Virus record (IMG/VR): IMGVR_UViG_3300025779_000009
Location: 1 to 38,287 of that record
DNA length: 38,287 nucleotides
Source of the DNA: a virus
Taxonomy: Duplodnaviria > Caudoviricetes
Strand: one strand, 5' to 3'
Part shown: piece after piece, positions 35,354-38,287 of the stretch
Layout: every line of letters starts with the position of its first letter
Position numbering within the stretch: the stretch's first letter is position 1
Notes under the pieces: model-generated
Database searches by the model: none
Told to the model about the DNA's origin: nothing
What the model saw: the letters and a program-made list of their open reading frames with translations, nothing else
Program-made: the position numbers and the translations under genes

Positions 35354-35779
35354 TCACTTGGCCGCCGCAGCCTTCCGGGCCAGCTGGCCGCGGTACCAAC
35401 CGGGGTAGGTCTTCTTGTCGGCATCGAGGTTGAGGTGGCGGAAGATCTCATCGTTGGTCATCTTGGTGGTGAGGATCAGCTCCCGGATCTGGGCGGCGAG
35501 ACCTGAGCCGTAGGTCTTGACGGGGTGGACCTTGGGCTTGGCGACCGGGTCAGCGGTGGGTGTTAGGCTGCGGAGGCTCTTCTCGGCAACCGGCTTGAGG
35601 CGCGTGGGCTCCTCGACGGCCGGGGCCTTAGGGTTGAGGTGCAGGTCGAGCTTGAGGAGGTCGATGGTCAACTGGCCACGGACGTTGCTGATGAAGTTGT
35701 TGTAGAGGCTCTTGTCGATGCCCTGCTTCCGGAGGAAGGCAGTGGCGGCGTCGCGGGTGTTGAAGGTTTTGGTGGCCAT
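35354..35779 (-). CDS. Early hypothetical protein with putative DNA-binding C-terminal domain
   Basis: AGGAG RBS; the C-terminus is paralogous to 23373-24110. Confidence 0.7.
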   Translation of the reverse strand: MATKTFNTRDAATAFLRKQGIDKSLYNNFISNVRGQLTIDLLKLDLHLNPKAPAVEEPTRLKPVAEKSLRSLTPTADPVAKPKVHPVKTYGSGLAAQIRELILTTKMTNDEIFRHLNLDADKKTYPGWYRGQLARKAAAAK

Positions 35780-35824
35780 GGGAGGCTCCTGGGTGAGAGG
35801 TGTGGGATGGAAGGTGCCTGGGGC

Positions 35825-35971
35825 TCAGGCGTAGATGGGGCGGACGACATGGATGATTGAACCGTGCTGGAGGTCCAGTCGGTCACGGAGGTTCCGGGCA
35901 GGCTGGGCGGCGGTGAACTGCCGGACAACCTGCTTGGTGCGAATGTTGATGACCTGATAGCTGACGGGCAT
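35825..35971 (-). CDS. 48 aa first early protein (not in the ORF track)
   Basis: AGGAG RBS directly after promoter copy 3; MPVSYQVINIRTKQVVRQFTAAQPARNLRDRLDLQHGSIIHVVRPIYA. Confidence 0.7.
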   Translation of the reverse strand: MPVSYQVINIRTKQVVRQFTAAQPARNLRDRLDLQHGSIIHVVRPIYA

Positions 35972-36030
35972 GGGGGCTCCTGCAAGGTGTGAGGTGGAAG
36001 GTGTGAGTGGTGTTGCTTGCTACATCTACT

Positions 36031-36068
36031 ATTATAGGTCTGTCGTGGTCCTTGTAAACCTTTATTTT
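36031..36068 (-). promoter_or_regulatory. Sigma70-like phage promoter, copy 3 (leftward)
   Basis: Minus strand AAAATAAAGG-TTTACA-N16-TATAAT. Confidence 0.8.
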
Positions 36069-36183
36069 CAATCTTTTTTAAAGAATTTGAGTGATTAGAA
36101 AGTGGGCACATTGATACTTGGCCGGGTGACAATGTGGTCTATATCTCTTCCTCGGGGTCCTTCAAACTTTTTGAATTATTTTG

Positions 36184-36221
36184 AAAATAGGGGTTTACAA
36201 ATGGTGTTGGAGGTCTATAAT
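36184..36221 (+). promoter_or_regulatory. Sigma70-like phage promoter, copy 4 (rightward)
   Basis: AAAATAGGGG-TTTACA-N16-TATAAT. Confidence 0.8.
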
Positions 36222-36265
36222 AGAAGATGTAGCAAGTCACTCACACCTCACATCAAGGAGCAAAC

Positions 36266-36559
36266 ATGACCCGCACAAACCTCAACCCCATGGGACCTTG
36301 GGAAGTTGCTGAAGACTTCCACGTACCCGAAGGTTTCTCTGATGGTTCTTGGGAAAATGATTCTTGCCCGTCAGTCTACCACCTCACGACGGAACACTCC
36401 ATCTACTGGGACACTGAGACCCACGCGAACGCGATTCGTGAGGGTTATTATGACGGTTTCTTGTGTGGTCGATTCTGTGTGGTCTCCAATGACACTTACG
36501 AGACCATCTACAATGGCAACGACCTTCAAGAGGCGATTCGAGTCGCGTCAGTGAAGTAA
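36266..36559 (+). CDS. Acidic hypothetical early protein
   Basis: AAGGAG RBS after promoter copy 4; 97 aa with DGSWENDSCPS motif. Confidence 0.75.
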   Translation: MTRTNLNPMGPWEVAEDFHVPEGFSDGSWENDSCPSVYHLTTEHSIYWDTETHANAIREGYYDGFLCGRFCVVSNDTYETIYNGNDLQEAIRVASVK

Positions 36560-37243
36560 ACCAATGTGTGGTTGCTGAGGACCGAGGTCGTTTGATCTTG
36601 GTCCTTTGCTTTATGGTGAGATGGTTCGCTGATGGAAGGAAGTTCTATTTAGAACTGAGTTCTGTTTATGGGATGAATGAGGTTCATTGATCTTTGAACT
36701 GGGAACTATGAACTTTGCACCACGCAAAAAGCCAGCAGTTGAGGCAGATAGAACTCAGTTCTAAAAGGCAAGGTTACGTAATGTAACATTCCTGTGAAGT
36801 CATAACTCAGCACAAAACCTCGTCCCATTGACCCTCGCCATTGCTTCAATGCAGCACATAGATCCTAGTGCCAAGATTAATGTGATGCATTTGTGATGAT
36901 TATCGCTTCTACTTTATACACAACGCACAGTATTCCTGTGCAAGAATAACCTATACGGCGAAAGGCATTTGATTACAATTTACAATTTTGCACAGCCGTT
37001 TTGCTATTCTTACCCCTTTTTCTATCTCTATCTCTCTTTTTCTTTTTTTACTAGAACTTTTTAAAAGAGATGTGTAAAAGGTAATACCTTCAGTTAAGCC
37101 TATATATTTAATCAATATGATCCGCACAGACCTTGCACAGCGCATAGAAATCCGCCAGCGTTTCGCCCCGCAAAGTCACACGGAACGTGGCCACCATTGC
37201 ATCTCACCCCATCCTTGGTGCTGTGTGCAATGTAAGAGTAACA

Positions 37244-37295
37244 GGCAGCACTGCCCCAGAGGGTCAGCTCACTGCCCTAATGGGGCAGTGCTGCC
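37244..37295. repeat. 15 bp perfect inverted repeat extending into a long hairpin
   Basis: GGCAGCACTGCCCCA / TGGGGCAGTGCTGCC enclosing AGGG(T)CAG-CTCA-CTGCCCT. Confidence 0.8.
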
Positions 37296-37543
37296 GTGGG
37301 TCAAGGTGCTGGGTGCCTCGGGCCGCGTGGCCTATAATGAGGGGCGGAGGTCCATGTGCCACGAGCAACGATCATTGATCCTAGTGCTGAGATCAATAAT
37401 GCTGTGGCATGGATGGATGAAGCTGAGACTCAGCACCAAGATCATCGTGATAGAACCTCGAGCGAGGCACAATGGTCCTGGGCCCAGCGCGCATTATTGA
37501 CGTCTCCGCGTCGTCGAGCCTTTGCCACCGAAAAATGCTGGAG

Positions 37544-37552
37544 TGCTAAAAT
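37544..37552 (+). promoter_or_regulatory. Candidate extended -10 promoter for the late operon
   Basis: TGcTAAAAT about 110 bp before terS, with TTGCCA upstream at 37522-37527. Confidence 0.35.
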
Positions 37553-37659
37553 CATACCATTGACCCTACCGCCAAGGTCAATGAGCAAGGTGCCAAGAGC
37601 AAAGTTCCACGCGCTCTCCACCAACCCACACCCACCGGCGAGTAAGGAGTAGCCCACTT

Positions 37660-38139
37660 ATGGCCAAGCAACTTCCACCCAAGCCCGAGGTCCTCACCGC
37701 TGAGGTCGTTGAGGTCAACCGTCGGGACCCAGTGACCAACCTCACCGGCCCTGAGGAGGTCTACTGCCTGCAGGTCGTCCGCACCGGCAACTGCTCAGCA
37801 GCTTTCCGCCTGGCCTTTCCCGACCACGTGTGCCTCGAGACCCGCGAGAAGGAAAAGGCAAAGCTCGGCGCCTACCTGCAGCGCCTGAACAAGGACCCCC
37901 GGATCAAGGCCCGGCTGGAGCAGCTCCGTGAGGTCGTGAGGACCTACACCGGCATCAGCCTCTTCGACCACGTCGCCACCCTGCAGGAGCTGCGTGAGGG
38001 TGCCGTCGGGGCCCAGCAGTTCGGGCCCGCCGTGGCGGCTGAGGTGAGCCGGGGGAAGGTGTCCGGGCTGTACGTCGAGAAGGTCGAGCACTCCGGGGTG
38101 GTCAACATCGTCGCCTCCACCTTCGATGAGGGGCTGTGA
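37660..38139 (+). CDS. terS: Terminase small subunit
   Basis: TAAGGAG RBS, N-terminal GNCSAAFRLAF helix motif, PRIKARLEQLR and GKVSGLYVEKVEHSG. Precedes terL on the circle. Confidence 0.8.
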   Translation: MAKQLPPKPEVLTAEVVEVNRRDPVTNLTGPEEVYCLQVVRTGNCSAAFRLAFPDHVCLETREKEKAKLGAYLQRLNKDPRIKARLEQLREVVRTYTGISLFDHVATLQELREGAVGAQQFGPAVAAEVSRGKVSGLYVEKVEHSGVVNIVASTFDEGL

Positions 38140-38287
38140 TGGGGGCCCAACGGTCCGCACCGCCCAAGCAGCCAGGCCCGATCCTCAAGGTCGTCAGGGC
38201 CAAGAAGCCCAAGAAGGAGCCGTCGCTCGAGGAGCGGATCGCTGAGCTCAAGCGCCAGGCCCTGCTGAACGCACCACCGCCTCCCCC
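38139..38287 (+). CDS. ORF running off the end; probable Pro/Lys-rich N-terminus of TerL
   Basis: TGATG coupling with terS and no stop before the window end. Joins the terL frame if the terminal C runs overlap by 2 or 5 nt. Confidence 0.55.
   Translation, partial: MGAQRSAPPKQPGPILKVVRAKKPKKEPSLEERIAELKRQALLNAPPPP

Larger units (their letters stand above)
36560..37659. other. Large non-coding control region; candidate replication origin or packaging region
   Basis: AT-rich core with a polypyrimidine tract, several palindromes and short repeats, and no convincing ORF. Confidence 0.5.

Noticed and set aside
36951-37657. ORFs 36951-37145, 37117-37500, 37187-37378, 37356-37652 and 37442-37657
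   Set aside because: No clear RBS, atypical composition, mutually overlapping, and they cross palindromic elements; treated as non-coding.

Overview
The window looks like an essentially complete, circularly permuted ~38.3 kb GC-rich tailed phage genome of podovirus type. The + strand (37660-end, then 1-19976) carries a P22-like morphogenesis operon: terminases, portal, scaffold, coat, gp4/gp10-like tail proteins, three ejection proteins, a tailspike, a GH108 endolysin and holin-like genes. The - strand (36070 down to 19980) carries early and replication genes: a primase-helicase, family A DNA polymerase, Cas4-like nuclease, VRR-NUC, SNF2 helicase, a J-domain protein and many small zinc-finger ORFs. 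That operon ends in a tightly coupled four-gene nucleotide-modification module: a non-DNA-type SAM methyltransferase, an all-alpha NTP pyrophosphatase, a dNMP kinase fused to a uracil-DNA-glycosylase-like domain, and a thymidylate-synthase homologue with the dCMP-type Asp. This module is the most interesting system here and predicts a cytosine-modified genome, possibly with an undescribed second modification and a dedicated repair domain. Four copies of a conserved promoter (AAAATA-N4-TTTACA-N16-TATAAT) are present, and a ~1.1 kb palindrome-rich non-coding region precedes terS. I recognised no integrase, repressor, tRNA or CRISPR array. All functional calls come from motif recognition by eye; no searches were run.
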